Below, in pieces: positions 48,099-61,862 of a stretch of 64,000 nt of DNA. Every line of letters begins with the position of its first letter. Position 1 is the stretch's first letter. This DNA comes from the human T2T-CHM13v2.0 reference genome, Homo sapiens, in the NCBI RefSeq assembly GCF_009914755.1, contig NC_060944.1; one strand, given 5' to 3'. The translations under genes and the position numbers were made by a program. Under the pieces are notes generated by a model. That model did not search any database, had not been told where the DNA came from, and saw only the letters and a list, made by a program, of their open reading frames with translations.

Positions 48099-49062
48099 TA
48101 CGTAGTGGAATTTAACATTTAATAGAGTGGTGTCTCCCAGAATATGTTTTTATTTTCAAGAAAGTTTAGCTATGATTTGACCAGCATCTTTCTATATAAG
48201 TTTTAAAGTAAGTTTTACATGCCAGCAACAACAAAAGACCCTGGTAGGATTTTTTGGGGAATTGTATTAAGCCTATAAATAATTTGGAGATAATTGACAT
48301 CTTTACTTTGTTGAGTCCTCAAATATGTGAACATGGTATGTCTCTCATTTATGAGGTCATATTTTATTTCTGTCATCAATATTTTATAATTTTCAGTATA
48401 TAGAGTCTACAAATGATTTGTTATGTTTATGTAATTGTACATAGTATTGTGGTTTTTGTTTTGGTTTCCACATGTTCATGTTCTTTATTAACATATAGAA
48501 ATGTTATTAATGTTTTTGTTTATTGATCTTGAATCTTGTAACCTTGTTGAATTCATTTATAAAGTTCTGGAATTTTTTGGTATATATCTCTTGGGATTTT
48601 CTCAGTTACGTGATTTGCAAATAGGGGAAATTTTACTTCTTCCTGTCCAATCCAATCTAAATGCCTTCCTTTGTTACTTATTTCTTTTCTTCATTTTATT
48701 TTGCTGGGGCTATAACTTCCAGTACAGTGTTACATAAGAGTAGTAACCTGTTCCAGTCTTATGGGGAAAGCATTCAGTCTGTCAGCAGTAATATCCTGTT
48801 AACTGTCATTTGTTTCATAGATGTTCTTTATCAAGTTGAAGAAGATCATTTTCCCTAATATACTGAGAGTTTTTGTATTTAACATAAATGAGATTTCAAG
48901 TGTACTCAAATGTTTCTTCTGCATCAGTTGTTATAATCATGTGACTTTAACACATTTAGTGTGGTTATATGGTGGATACAATGATTGAATTTCAAATAAT
49001 AAATCACACTTGGTCATGATTTATAAGTCTTTTATGTACTGTTAGATTAGATTTTCTTTACA

Positions 49063-49364
49063 TTTTTTTTTTTTTTTGACACAGGTTATGTTGTCCAGGC
49101 TGGAAGGCAGTGACTATTCACAGGTGTGATCCCACTATGGACCAGCATGAGAGTTTTGACCTGCTTCATTTCTGACCCGGGATGGTTCACCTCTCTTCGA
49201 GCAACCTGGTGGTCTCCTGCTCATGGGAGGTCACCATACTGATGAAAAACAGTGTGGACATCTGACTGGCATGGCACACTACATCTTAGAAATCCTTGGC
49301 TCAAGCAATTCCCCTGCCTCAGCCTCCCAAGAAGTTGAGAATGTAGGCATGCAACCTTGCCCTG
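49063..49364 (-). pseudogene. Full-length processed 7SL (SRP RNA) pseudogene
   Basis: Minus strand carries the 7SL S-domain, which Alu lacks (tatggtgacctcccatgagcaggagaccaccaggttgc...ggtgaacc...gcaggtcaaaactc...agtgggatcacacctgtgaatagtcactgc), followed by poly(A); heavy CpG decay. Confidence 0.93.
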
Positions 49365-50359
49365 TAGAACTGCCCTGTAGAATCAAATATTAATTCGACT
49401 GAGGATTTTTGTTTAAATTCATTGAGAGATATTTGTCTGTAGTTTTCTTTTTTTCATTTGATCATTTTTTTCTTGTTTTCATGTTCAAGTAATATTGGCT
49501 TCATAAAATCAGGTGGAGTATATTCAGTTTTCTGGAAGAGATTGTATACACTTGGTAGATGAATTCTTCTTTAAGTGTTTGGTCTAGTTCTCCAGTGAAA
49601 TGATCTAGGCCAAGAAATTTTATTCAGAACCTTTTAAACTACAAATTTATTTCTTGAATCATTATGGAACCATTCCCATTATCCATTTCTTCTTAATTAG
49701 GCTTTAGTAGTTTGTGGTTTTTGAGAAGTTTGTCTGTTTATTCCACGCTGTTGACTTTGAGTGTGAAGTCCGTAATATCCTGCTGCTAGCTGCAGGATCT
49801 GTAGTGGCATCCTCCGTTTTATTTTTAATTTTGGTGGTTTATGTGTTCCCTCTTTTTACTTTTGTCACTGTTGCTGAAGTTTACCAATTTTATAGTTTTT
49901 TAAAAAACAAACAGCCTTTCGTTTTATTGATTTTTTTCCTTCTTTTTTTTTTTTTGGTTTTGTTTTCCATTTCTCTGTGTTCTGCTCTTATCTGCGTTAT
50001 TCCCTTCCTTATGCCTACTTGGGTTTATTTTGCTCTTCTTTTTCTAGTTTCTGAGATAGGATTCAACTACTGACTTGAAATCTTTCTTTGTTCTAAAATC
50101 TACCTTATCTGATATTAATATAGCCACTTTCTCTTTTAAAAATAATTATCATCATGATATAACTTTCCCATGCTTTTATCTTAAGTCCACTTATGTTGTT
50201 GAAGTTTAAGAGAGTTTCTTATAAACATCATATAGTTGGTTCATGTTTTTTATCTAATCAGCCAATCTCTACCTCATAATTATATTAAGACCACTTATAC
50301 TTAATGCTAAGCTTAAGTCTATTATTTTGCTTTATAATTTGTTTTCTCTCTATTTCTTC

Positions 50360-50669
50360 TGTTTGTTGGTTTTTTGTTTTTTGGTTTTATTTGACAAGGT
50401 CTCACTCTGTTGTCCAGGCTGGAGTGCAGTGGTTCTGCACTCACTGCAACCTCCACCTTCCAGGTTCAAGCGATTCTCCCATCTCAGCCTCCCCAAGAAG
50501 CTGGGATTGCAGGTCATGCCACAAAGCCTGGCTAATTTTTGTATTTTTTGGTAGACATGGGGGTTTCACCATGTTGGCCAGGCTGGTCTCGAACTCCTGA
50601 TCTCAAGTAATCTGCCCACCTCAGCCTCCCAAATTGCTGCAATTACAGACACGATCCACTGCATCCAGG
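50360..50669 (-). mobile_element. AluS (Sx/Sz-like) inserted in the tail of the adjacent AluJ
   Basis: Antisense dimer, gtttcaccatgttggccaggctggtctcgaactcctga. Confidence 0.88.
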
Positions 50670-50940
50670 CTTTTGTTTTGAGACACAGCTTCACTCTGTC
50701 ACCCTGGCTGGAGTGCAGTGGCGTGATCTCGGCTCCCTGCCACTTCTGCCTCCCAGGCTGAAGCGATGCTCCCACCTCAGCCTCCTAAGTAGTTGGGACT
50801 ACACTTGCATGCCAACATACCTGGCTAATTTTTGTATTTTTTTTGTAGAAAGAGGGTTTCCCCATGTTGTCCAGGTTGGTCTTGAACTCCTGGGCTCAAG
50901 CAATCCACCTGCCTCAGTATCCCAAAGTGCTGGGATTACA
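50670..50940 (-). mobile_element. AluJb-like SINE
   Basis: gaactcctgggctcaagcaatccacctgcctcag...cccaaagtgctgggattaca. Confidence 0.88.
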
Positions 50941-51257
50941 TGGTTGTTGTTTCTGTTTCTCTTTTCTTGCCTTTCTTTGATTTACTTGAACTGTTTTTAG
51001 GATTTTATCACAAATTATATATAGTGGTTTTGGGTTTTGTGTGTTTTTTCAGGGATTTCTCTCAGCGTTACAATATGTGTATATAACTTATCAAATGCTA
51101 CTGATATCAAAACTTTACCACTTTCTGTGAAGCTTTGAAACTAACTTCTATTTAGATCCCATTCTCCTCCTCATTTTTAAATATAACTGTCTTGCATACT
51201 AGATGATATATAATTTTGTTTCAATTATCACATACACATATGCAAATTTATTAACAT

Positions 51258-51390
51258 ATCTTAGGTCCTCATTTGTAGAATGGAGATACTTGTACCTATA
51301 GTACAGGGATGCTTTTATCCCTAAATGAGATAATGCATGCACAGGGCCTGGCATAGTTTAAGAACTCATGAAATGATGTTATTTTATTAT
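51258..51390 (+). mobile_element. MIR
   Basis: tcctcatttgtagaatggagat...taaatgagataatgcatg...cctggcatagt. Confidence 0.7.
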
Positions 51391-51948
51391 TGTCAAGAAC
51401 CTATGCCACATGAACAGGTGATTAGGAAATACATTACATGTTGGCTCACACCTAAGGAATAAACCAAGTCATGACATTGACAAGATAATTTGCCTGTTTC
51501 CAAAATTGTAGTGCACTTTCAGAAACTAGATTGCCTTACAAATTTGAAAGCTGAACTTTCATCCAAGAACGTGGTTTGAAATACTTGTATCAGTGAAAAA
51601 TGGCAGAAAGAGGAAAGGTCAAGTAGTAAAGGTGATAGACAAAAAGTAGATAGATCGTAACTCCATTTCTGGTTTATAGGACAAGTCAAATAAATTATTT
51701 TCATGCAACATTGGTCATAATAGCAATTGTCACTCACCATTTATGAAAAATGTCTTATATAAGTCCAAAATGTTATTTCTATTTTTAAATAGGCCAATAA
51801 AACATTTGAGTATTATAATTAAAGTTTTTACTTTAATTATAGAACTAAATTGAAACTAATGATCTCACATTATGACCTCAATGAGACCATTAACTCTATC
51901 AGACAAACACACCATAAACTAGCTGAAGGGCTTATAAGTGTGGACTAT

Positions 51949-52345
51949 TGTTTTAGATTGGGTTCCACAAAAATAGAGCCTGAGACAGACATTCAAGTGC
52001 TCTCAGGAAAAGGGAAATGAAGAAAGTGGAGGGGGCTGAAGAAGCTGCTAAGCCAGTATGTGGTCTCAGCTAAAACTGAGCTTCAACCTGATCTGAAAGG
52101 AAGCTCTGAGGTATTACTCCATAGACTTGATGCCTCCTTTAAGAATTGGAGCAGGCCTCTGGTACTTCTGGTCGGTGGTCATTAGCTATGGGATACTCCC
52201 GTCCCTGTGCAAAAAATGTCTCACAGTTAGATGAAGGATAATTATCTGGATAAGGCACAGCCTTAAATTGACAGTTACCAATTTAGCTACTCATTACAGC
52301 TAGGGGTTGGGTATACTTGCCGCTAAAGAGGACTAGGATCAGTAA
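51949..52345 (-). mobile_element. LTR33/LTR16-family ERVL LTR
   Basis: tgttttagattgggttcc...agagcctgagacag...cttcaacctgatc...aagctctgag...gtcattagctatggg. Confidence 0.6.
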
Positions 52346-52494
52346 GGGAAATGGGTATTCTTATTTGGAACCACAAAAGTCTCTGTCTCTTTGAAGAGTG
52401 TATTGGCTTTATAGGTAGGAAGTATGCATGTTTATATGTATAAAAAGGCAATGTAATACATTGCCTAAATTCTGCCAAAGAGAATCTGTGCTTG

Positions 52495-52678
52495 TAGTCC
52501 TTAAACTATGGGTCAGCGTAGGGATAAACATCTGAAAAGTGATGATAAATACTAGAGAACTGCTTTCAAGAAAATGCACAAGCGTGTATACACAGAATAT
52601 TTGCTTAGAATTTCAGGGGTTCTTAGAATGAGTTGATGAAACTCACTCACAGATCCATTTGAATTAAAAAATTCTGCT
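52495..52678. mobile_element. MER103C-like hAT-Charlie element
   Basis: aaaatgcaca...cacagaatatttgcttagaatttcaggggttc...ttaaaaattctg. Confidence 0.6.
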
Positions 52679-53399
52679 CCGGACCATCTGGCCTTGATTT
52701 GGCCTTTACACTAGCATTGGAAAGGTGATTAGAGTCTAGAAGAACAAAGAAAACAGTGAAGAAGCAAGATATGGTTTCATATTACCAGGACAATGGAGAG
52801 ACAACTGTTGAAAGAAGTTAGTCATAACTCACAAGGAGAAATCCACCAAACTAGATATCTCCAGGGACACATGGGGTGGGTAAAAGGATTTGAGGAGCAA
52901 TGAAAAAAGGATTTCTAGATGTTATCTGCTGCAGAGTGTTTTTCTATAGCTGTCCACATCCTGCCCACACACAATGGGCATAATATCCCCACCCTTCTAG
53001 CAAAAGAGATAATATCAGTTCTCAACAGCTCTGCAGGCACCCACTGCAAGCAAGCATAATATATCATTGTTTTCATATTTACTATATTAGGGGGTAGCTT
53101 TCTCATCATACCCTGGCTCCTCAATATGTAACAACAATGGAGTCCAACAGTGTTCTACAACCCACCTTTCTTTCTTCACTGATCTGGCACAAAAATTCTT
53201 GCCATAATTCTATGAATGCACATTACCCAGAGGACGCTCTAAAACCTAATTTTAGGGGAAAAATATTCAGGAGTGCAATACGAGCAGTAGGCATTGAGTG
53301 GGATGTAAAATGGAATGCTGTTTTGAGAAGTGTAGTGATGACTTTCTATAGGTGCCCCAAATAAATACATTGCAGGTTTTGTTTATTTTTATTGACATA

Positions 53400-54024
53400 T
53401 GTAAACTAAAAGTAAAATTCTAAGGTCCCCCAACCATCTGAGCAGATGCCTCCTCTCACCCAGGGCACTCCAAATTTAACCAAAAATACTGGTTCAGTCT
53501 GTGACAGGAAGGGAGGGTCAGACCTACCTCATTATACCCTACTCACTTTTGGAATTTGGGAAAAGCCAACCAGCATTTAACATCTATACAGACCTTAGGT
53601 CTGATAAGGAACATTTACAATCATTCTCTTTGAAGTCTGTTACCTGGAAACTTCATCTGCATGATAAAACTTTGGGCTCCACAACCCCTTATTATAACCC
53701 AGACATTCCTTTCCATTGATAATAACTCTTTCAACCAATTGCCAATCAGAAAATTTTTAAATCTACCTATAACCTGGGAGCCCACTGCCCCCACCCCCAA
53801 CCACCACCACTTTGAGTTGTCCTGCCTTTCTTGACCAAACCACTGTATATCTTACATGTATTTCATTGAAGTCTCATGTCTCCATAAAATGTATAAAACT
53901 AGGCTGTTCCCCTACCACCTTGTACACATGTTCCCAGGATCTCCTGAGGGCTTTGTCATACGCCATTGGTCACTCATATTAATACATCTTTAAATATTTT
54001 ATAGATTTTGACTCTTTATTGACA
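53400..54024 (+). mobile_element. MER4 (B-like) ERV1 solo LTR
   Basis: tgtaaactaaaagtaaaattctaaggtcccccaaccatctga...ttcatctgcatgataaaac...caaccaattgccaatcagaaaa...ttgactctttattgaca; TSD cata/tata. Confidence 0.88.
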
Positions 54025-56769
54025 TATATGGCATTCATACTTAAAGGTGTATATATGTCATAAACTTGATTAATTTTCTCTAACTGAGAATACCTGAGAA
54101 ACCAAACTTTACCCACCTCTTAGAAGCTACTCTGAAGCCCCATTTTATGGTCACAGTTTTATCTAACACCTTTTTGAAGGCACTGCTGAACTGGAATTAA
54201 TTCAGAAGCCATTCACATTTGTAGCTAATTTATTCTGACTATATTCATTCTAATGCTATCTTATTATCTCTGAATGCTTTTCCTGGTAGTTATCCTTCAA
54301 TTTAAGGGATGTGCCAGTCTTGCAATGATACCTCGTGATTCTCACCTTCTTTTCCAAATAATTCCTTTTGTTATTGTAGCTTCTCAGCATCTAGAACTCT
54401 CGCCATTAAAACCCCCTTCGTGAGAAACAGCAAAGACACCTTTTCATCCTGACCTATATTTTAAGGATCAATTAAGAGGTCCTTGTCTGGGTAGGAAGCA
54501 ATGTATCTACAAACAGGATGGGAAGTACTGATCACACACTGATACCCACACTCTTGGACAGGCAAAGTGAAAATCTGGAAAATATTACAGTGACTTGGGC
54601 AAGAAAACAAGCTGAAATGTTCATTGAATCTTCTTCATTGATTTAGAACCTATGAGTAGATGTTCTTTCATTGCTGTGAAATGTAATGACAGGCAGGGCT
54701 TCAGATGACCATCCCCAAATCCAGATGCTTATCTAAAGTAAACCTGCCTGTCTGCAATCCTTTTGACTTTCAAAAATAGAGCCTGAATTCATGGGGAGCC
54801 TTGCGTCCTAGGCAATGTGGAGCAGTTCCTGTGTTTAGTAAGGAATATTTCTTAAGGCTTTATTTCTTCCCCCGCTTTCCTCCAGGTTAAACCCAGACCC
54901 TGAAGACAAATCTAGGTCAAAGTAAAACAAAAATAAAAATTACAGGAGCAAGAGTGGGGAGAGGTGTTGCAAAAGGGGAGAAGTAGAAAATCTAGGGTTT
55001 CATTTGTGACCGCCCTGTTTTTGAATTGAACAGCTTTCCCATTGCACGCCTACACCAATATCCACTAAACTCTTCTGCTTCATTTTTTTATTTAGTTAAT
55101 TTCTTTTTATTTTTTGAGATTCTCCTGATATGTGCTGGATAGAAGGTATTCTTATTCAGCAAGACTTGTCCAGAGCAAATCTGTGACAAGATAGGCATTT
55201 AAGCGCAGATGTTCTCACTTTCTCTCTCTGTTAGAGGCAACTGCTATACTGCCAACACCACCCAACTCCAAAATATTGCTTTTAATTTATCCTTTTATTT
55301 TCTTCATTTTTTCCTTTATTCATTCTTTAAAGATTAATTGAACACCTACTTTGCATCATAACTTGAGTGTCTTAATGCTCTTTTAGGTAATCTCTTAAGA
55401 AATTTAGGAAATATTTGATTAATCCACCTTCCCAAGGCAAAAGATCTTAGTGTTATTTTAATTTTCATATAACGTGAATCCTTAAGGTTACAAAATGCTT
55501 TGATGTCAGAATATCAAAGCCCAGCACTGTTAGAAATGGAAGCCAAGTTTAGGGCCCTCACTTCTCAGAATCCCTTAAACTTATGACAATAAGAGAGAGT
55601 GGATTTCCTACTTGAACTTTTTGTAAAATTTGTCCTGCTCAAGAGATAATCTGAACATACACAAATTGAGACTGGAAACTTGATTTCAAGTCCCTCGCCT
55701 CTATTTTCCTTTCTTCTAATTGATTTTTTACACAAAAATCAAAATGCTATCTACCCACTAATATGATTTTGTAATGAAAATCCAATCATGACAGTCACTA
55801 CTTAAAACCTTTTGAGAAAAAGCTCAATTCTTCTGATGACCTTTAGCAGGATTTGGCTACTGCCTACCGCCCCGATTCTTCTAATTTTCAGTCTCCCTGT
55901 TCTGTAATTCTGAGCTGAGGTTTGGCTGATATGGAAGGAAGAGAGTTTCATACAGTCCTGAAAAGTACAGAAGAACAGGAGACTGCTGTGAGAAGTCACC
56001 AGATTTTAAAAGGCTTCAGAACTATTATAAATATAAGGGAGGTTCAAGGTCTTTTTACCAGTTTCTTCTTCAAAACCAAATTTGAGGAAATAGAAGTACT
56101 TACGCCTAAGGTATACAATTTGAGGAGGCCCTATAATAATTTACTCGTCTTCCCGTAGTATTAGTGAAATTGCTGTTTAGTTATTTATTGATGAAATAAA
56201 TATATTCATAAAAACTTCAAGAAATAACAATAGGATATAATAATACTAATTTTCACCAGTCCTAATAAACTTTTTTCACATTGTATTATTTCTGAAATAA
56301 AAGAAAATAATGATAATAATGAAGATGTAGAAATTCATGGTGCATTATAATTTAAATATTTACTCTTAGGACTACACTGAATACTAATATGTCTTATAGT
56401 AGTTGGTAATTAAATTTAATAAAATATGATAGCCAATTCTTCCTTTCAAACCTCAGCTTTAGCATATACTCCAATGATAAGTATTTCCTGTGTGTACTTC
56501 TCCATTTTTCATGCATATGCAATTATACAAGCAAAATGAGAACATATATGATTCACAATTCAAAACTTAGCATTACATGTATTATTATGCATGCAGGAAA
56601 ATTCTGAATAATGTTTCTAGTAAATATCTGTGCCTTTAATGTGCCATCTTACTTAGAATTTTATCATTCTTTTAAAGTGCTACTGGATTTTACTTGCTAA
56701 TAGTATATTAGTGTATCAACATTGTCAACATTGATATTTATAAATTCATTGTGCACAGTTTTTGTAGTT

Positions 56770-57088
<319 letters not shown>

Positions 57089-57399
57089 AGTTTTTGTAGT
57101 TTCTTTAATGTGACACTAGCTTTCTCTATGTTACATTTGGTGTCATAACAGTAATTTGAAAGTTTTTCTCTCTAAGGTCTAAAACTGTTTATCTTTGAAA
57201 TCATATTTCTGAAAGGTTTAAGAGAATTTATGTGTTTATAAGTAAAATCATATGAGCATAGTACTTTTGAGGAGAAGAAAGGAACAGTAGGTAGTAAGTT
57301 TTTTGTCAAGTATGTCAATTTGTTCCAAAGAAATGGGCCCTCTTTTCTAAAGTTATCATTATTTTTTCTAGAAAATCACACATTTCACCCATGTTTTAA

Positions 57400-58980
57400 A
57401 TGTATTCACATAAAATTGAGAAAAGTATTCTTTAGGGTGCTTGTGATTTTTTTTCTATATCCATGGTTATTTCTGTTTTTTCCTAATTTTACATATTTAT
57501 ACTTCTTTTTTTCTAATACATTTGGTTAATAGTTTACTTAACTAGATTTTTTCAAAGAATCCGATCTTAGATTTCTTCATATTGGTAAATTTGTGTTTTG
57601 TTTTGTTTTGTTTGCTCTCCTTTTTTGTTTCTTAGTTTCTTCGGTTGGATGCTGAGTTATTGAGTATTTCATTTTTGTTCTTTCTGGTTTAGTGAGCTAA
57701 ATTTGTACAGAACTAGGTTATCTTTTTTTTTTTTTTTTGACAGAGTCGTGCTCTGTTGCCCAGGCTGGAGTGCAGTGGCACAATCTCGGCTTGCTGCAAA
57801 CTCCACCTCCCAGGTTCGAGTGATCCTCCCACAGTCCCCCTAATAGCTGAGATTACAGGCATGTGCCACCATGTCCGGCTAATTTTTGTATTTTTAGTAG
57901 GGACGGGGTTTCGCCATGTTGGCCAGGCTGGTCTCAAACCCCTGACCTCAGGTGATTTACCTGTCTCGACCTCCCAAAGTACTAGACAATCTTTAGGAAT
58001 TAAGACTAATAGTTTTCCTCTGAAGACTGCTTTAACCATACCCCTTTCGTTTTGATGCATAGATTTTTCCAACCCTTATTTTTCTAAATGTGTTGTAGCT
58101 TAATTTCTGATATTAATTTTGACCCAAAAGTTAAGGAGAAAATTTCCTTAACATTTTTCTGGTAAGGTTGTTTTCTCTTTATTTAAATAAATTTCTAGAT
58201 TTATTACATTAAGAGCACAGAATGTCACTGAGAATCGTTGTGACCTAATACAAGGTAGAATTTTGTAAATAATTTATGGACACATGAAAAGAAGGTGTCT
58301 TTTTGATTTTCTGGCTATATAATTGCATATACTTCATTGAACTTGTTATTAATATCCTTATATCTTAAATATCTGTACTATTTTTGCACAGTTGATATGT
58401 TTTGCTCTGAAGGAGGTAGGTAAAAATCTCAGCCAGTATTTTCTAAAAATGTATTTTCCTTTTTTGAGTGTTAGTTTCTCCTTCAGATTTTTTGGGCTAT
58501 GTGATTTGGCTAAAAAAAATTCATGGCATATATTCATTGTAATTTATGCCACTTTCATTTTTGAATGGCTATCCTTGTCACATGAATTCAACCTTGTTGG
58601 ATACTATTACTCTTGCTTTTCTTTTTCTTTGTCCTTTTCTACTGTGTCTTTGTCCATCATTTTACTATTAATTTATCTGTCACACTATTTTAAATGCCTT
58701 TTATTTAAAGTGCTTTGATACAGTTCTGATTTTTTAATGTAATCTGAGAATAGTTTTCTTTTTACAAGTATGTTTATTTTATATATATTCATTGCTAAGT
58801 TAAATGTATTTTCTTAGGTTCACCATCATATTTTATGCTTTCTGTTTTTAATGCTTCATTTGCGTTTTTAATTTTTGCTATGATTTGTGCATTTTTTTGT
58901 TCTGTGGTCTGAATGTTTGTTTTCTGATAGTTTAGAAGATTCATGATCTTCAGTTTTCTACTTCTTATTTTCATCGTTTC
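57400..58980 (-). mobile_element. Old L1ME-like ORF2 remnants
   Basis: T-rich antisense ORF2 motifs (tttcctctgaagactgctttaacca; ttgacccaa; aatctgagaat). Confidence 0.55.
57723..57983 (-). mobile_element. AluSx-like, 5' truncated
   Basis: Poly-T, gcccaggctggagtgcagtggc...cctgacctcaggtgat...ctcccaaagt. Confidence 0.9.
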
Positions 58981-59408
58981 AGTGAACATAGCAAGACAGA
59001 GATGTTTTTGTTCTGCCATATATATTTAAACTGTCCATTGATTTAAAGCATTGATACTTTCTTATCTCTGTCTTATGTGCTACTTTAGAGTCTTTAAACT
59101 AAATATTTTGAAGGTTGGGGGCTTTGTTGGAGCTAACAGAATGTCACCAAAAGAGCGGAGGATGACCCAAGATCACTAAACTACTCAGCCTCCACTTCAC
59201 ACAGAGCATCTCCACTTTCATTTATTTTTTATATTTGTTCATGAAAGATTCCAGTTAATAAAGGGCATGTGACTGAAATAAGTTTTCAAATCACTGATGT
59301 AGATATCTAAAGCTGGTATTTTCTATTCAAAAGTGAACAAATGCAGTATCACTAAATATAACTCTGTCTTCCCATTTTCTACCGTAAGCAGTAACTTTCT
59401 GATCACTT

Positions 59409-59440
59409 TTAGGCTGGTGCAAAAGTAATCGCGGTTTTTG
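59409..59440. mobile_element. Single MADE1/Hsmar1 TIR (half element)
   Basis: ttaggctggtgcaaaagtaatcgcggtttttg. Confidence 0.85.
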
Positions 59441-59729
59441 TTCTTATTTATGGGAAATAATAAATTAAGTCACTCCTGGTTTTTAAAGCTCAACAAATTA
59501 TATTATCTCTGAGTGATTCAAGTTATATTTACCAAGTATGGTTCACTTAGAAGAAAGTCAGTTACTTAAGAGAAGGAAGAGAACAGCATCGACTACTGTA
59601 AATTGAGTCTATCTTTTGCCCAGGTATTTTCCATGTTTCATACAGGCTGATGATTCTAATAAATTGTCCTTTTCTCAAGAAAACAGCTATAATTTATCTA
59701 TGATTAATACAAATACCAATGTCCAGGTT

Positions 59730-59985
59730 TACTCATTCATTCATTCAAAGTTACTGAATACCTACTATATGCCAGTCACAGGAGAAGTGGAAACAAATAA
59801 GTGAACAAAAACAAGATGCCTCCTGTCATCAAGATTATTTGCTCGTCTTCTAGTGGGAGAAACAATAATTGATGATGAAGATTTGTAGGTCATTTTTGGA
59901 AGGTAAAAATTTGGGAGCTCTGTATTTCCTGCACCTAGCCCAGTATCTGGCAAATGATAAGCACTAAATAGATATATGTTGAAAG
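59730..59985. mobile_element. Two L2 3' fragments in opposite orientation
   Basis: cattcattcattcaa...tgaatacctactatatgccag (minus) and tgtatttcctgcacctagcccagtatctggca...taaata...tgttgaa (plus). Confidence 0.7.
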
Positions 59986-61087
59986 AACATAGGTTGGGGA
60001 AGATGGAGAAAGGGAAGCTTTGAGTTGAGAGTCACAAATTATTTCCTCGAAAGTCAGGTAAGATTCCATGAAAATTTAAAGAATCCATGTAAAAAGGACA
60101 CCAAACGAATGACGAAGCACACATTTAATAGAAGGTTGAAGTAGTGACTTGTCAAGAACCATGACAAATCCAGAAAGGAGTCGGATGACAGTCCTCAAAT
60201 TCCAGATCAAGATAACATGGCAGAGAGTGGGAATGTGTTGACAGTCTTTGAGCAGGTACACAGTATGATTGAAGCTATACTATAGGAATATTATTGTGCC
60301 AGTAGCATTTGCTGATCAGATGTTAAGTTTCCCAAAACCGCATGGGGGAAATCATAGCTATATTGTCAGCAATTCTAAAGTATAATCAGTGCTGCAACTT
60401 CCCTTCCTTTACATAAGACTCAATATGAAAAATTGCTCATGGAAATGAGTATCGCCCATCTTGTTTTAAGTGTTTGTAAATGGCATGATTAATAATAGAA
60501 AATGTTGACATTAAAAGAGGGACAATAAAAGATAAATACATGTACATGAATGATTAATCAAGTCAATTTCATAAGTTAAAAAAGATTATATAAGAAGCAG
60601 ATTTGGAACTGACTTCTCCACGTTCCCAATCAGTGGTATCTCTTGAGAAATTAATTTCTTAGTGACATTCCACTTCTATTTTGTTTTTTTCTCCAGTAGT
60701 CTCCCTTCCCCCTAACCCTCGCCTCAGAGATAAAGTTGTCTGGGTTTCCTACTCATTTGATGACAATATTCTCCTTAAATTTATGTATTACACATTTATT
60801 CCTTTCCTGGTCTGTGAAATCCTTAAGAGCAGCAGCTTTGTCATTTTATTCTTGTCTCAATAGTGGCATGGATGGTCTGTAGTAGGTAGTAAAGGCGGTA
60901 AAATTACATTTTTCATGTAAAAATCTTAAACACTGATTCATTATCATTAGAGCAGAAGCTTCACCACTAGCAATCTTTTTTCTGATTAAGCTTTCTTTGC
61001 CTAGTAGTTCATTACAGGAACATTAGCCTAGCAAATTGACAATTCTTACCTCTCTATTTTTTTAATATAGTTGGCCATGTCAGGGCA

Positions 61088-61476
61088 TGTTTCTTAATTT
61101 CCAAGGGCTACCGTAACAAATTACTACAAACTCAGTGGCTTAAAATTCAATAGAAATTTATTTTCTCACAATTCTGGGGGCCAAAAGTCCAAAATCAGGG
61201 TGTCAAGAGAGTTGTGCTCCCTCCAGAGGCTTCAGGGAGGATTCTGTTTCTCACCTCCTCTGGCTGCTTCACTCCAATCTCTATTCATGCGGTCACATTG
61301 CCTTCTCCTATTATTTCTTCTCAGGAGAACTGTCACTGGATTTGGGATGATCTCATCTCAAGATCGTTAACTTAATTACATTTGCAAAGACTATTTTTTC
61401 AAAATAAGGTAACATTCACAGATTCCAGATTTTGACATGGACATGTATTTTGGGAGTCACCATTCAACCTACTACA
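61088..61476 (-). mobile_element. MLT1C-like MaLR LTR
   Basis: gggctaccgtaacaaattactacaaactcagtggcttaaa...gatgatctcatctcaagatc.ttaacttaattacatttgcaaagac...ccattcaacctactaca. Confidence 0.85.
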
Positions 61477-61862
61477 ATGTCCCTCTGAAGTTTCTGGTCA
61501 ATTTTTCATTAATCTTTTTCACAGCAAGTAGGAATTGCTGATTCTAAATCCACTTTGCCCAATTTAGTTGTAGTCAAGCCTCAGACCCCTAAATGTGAGG
61601 AAAAGTTAATTTTAATTTGTGTCACAGACACCAGAAAACCTATTGAGAACATATGTAAACATATTTACTTATGAAAAAGAATTCTCCACTTGAGTTTTCT
61701 CTTTTTACAAGTCAGACTCCTACTGAGAAAAGAGTGATGCTTACTTTTCAAATATTTCTGGCACTGAAATAAGTGAACCAGCTCCCCTCTTTTGTCCATG
61801 TTTCTCTTTGCAGACTTTCTTGATTTAAATTATACATTAGTTATGTGACTTTGAGGGTAAGC

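Noticed and set aside
53388-54026. tttattgacata on both sides of the MER4 LTR suggesting a long TSD
   Set aside because: The right copy overlaps the LTR's own ...gaca terminus; ERV1 TSDs are ~4 bp, so the match is probably coincidental.
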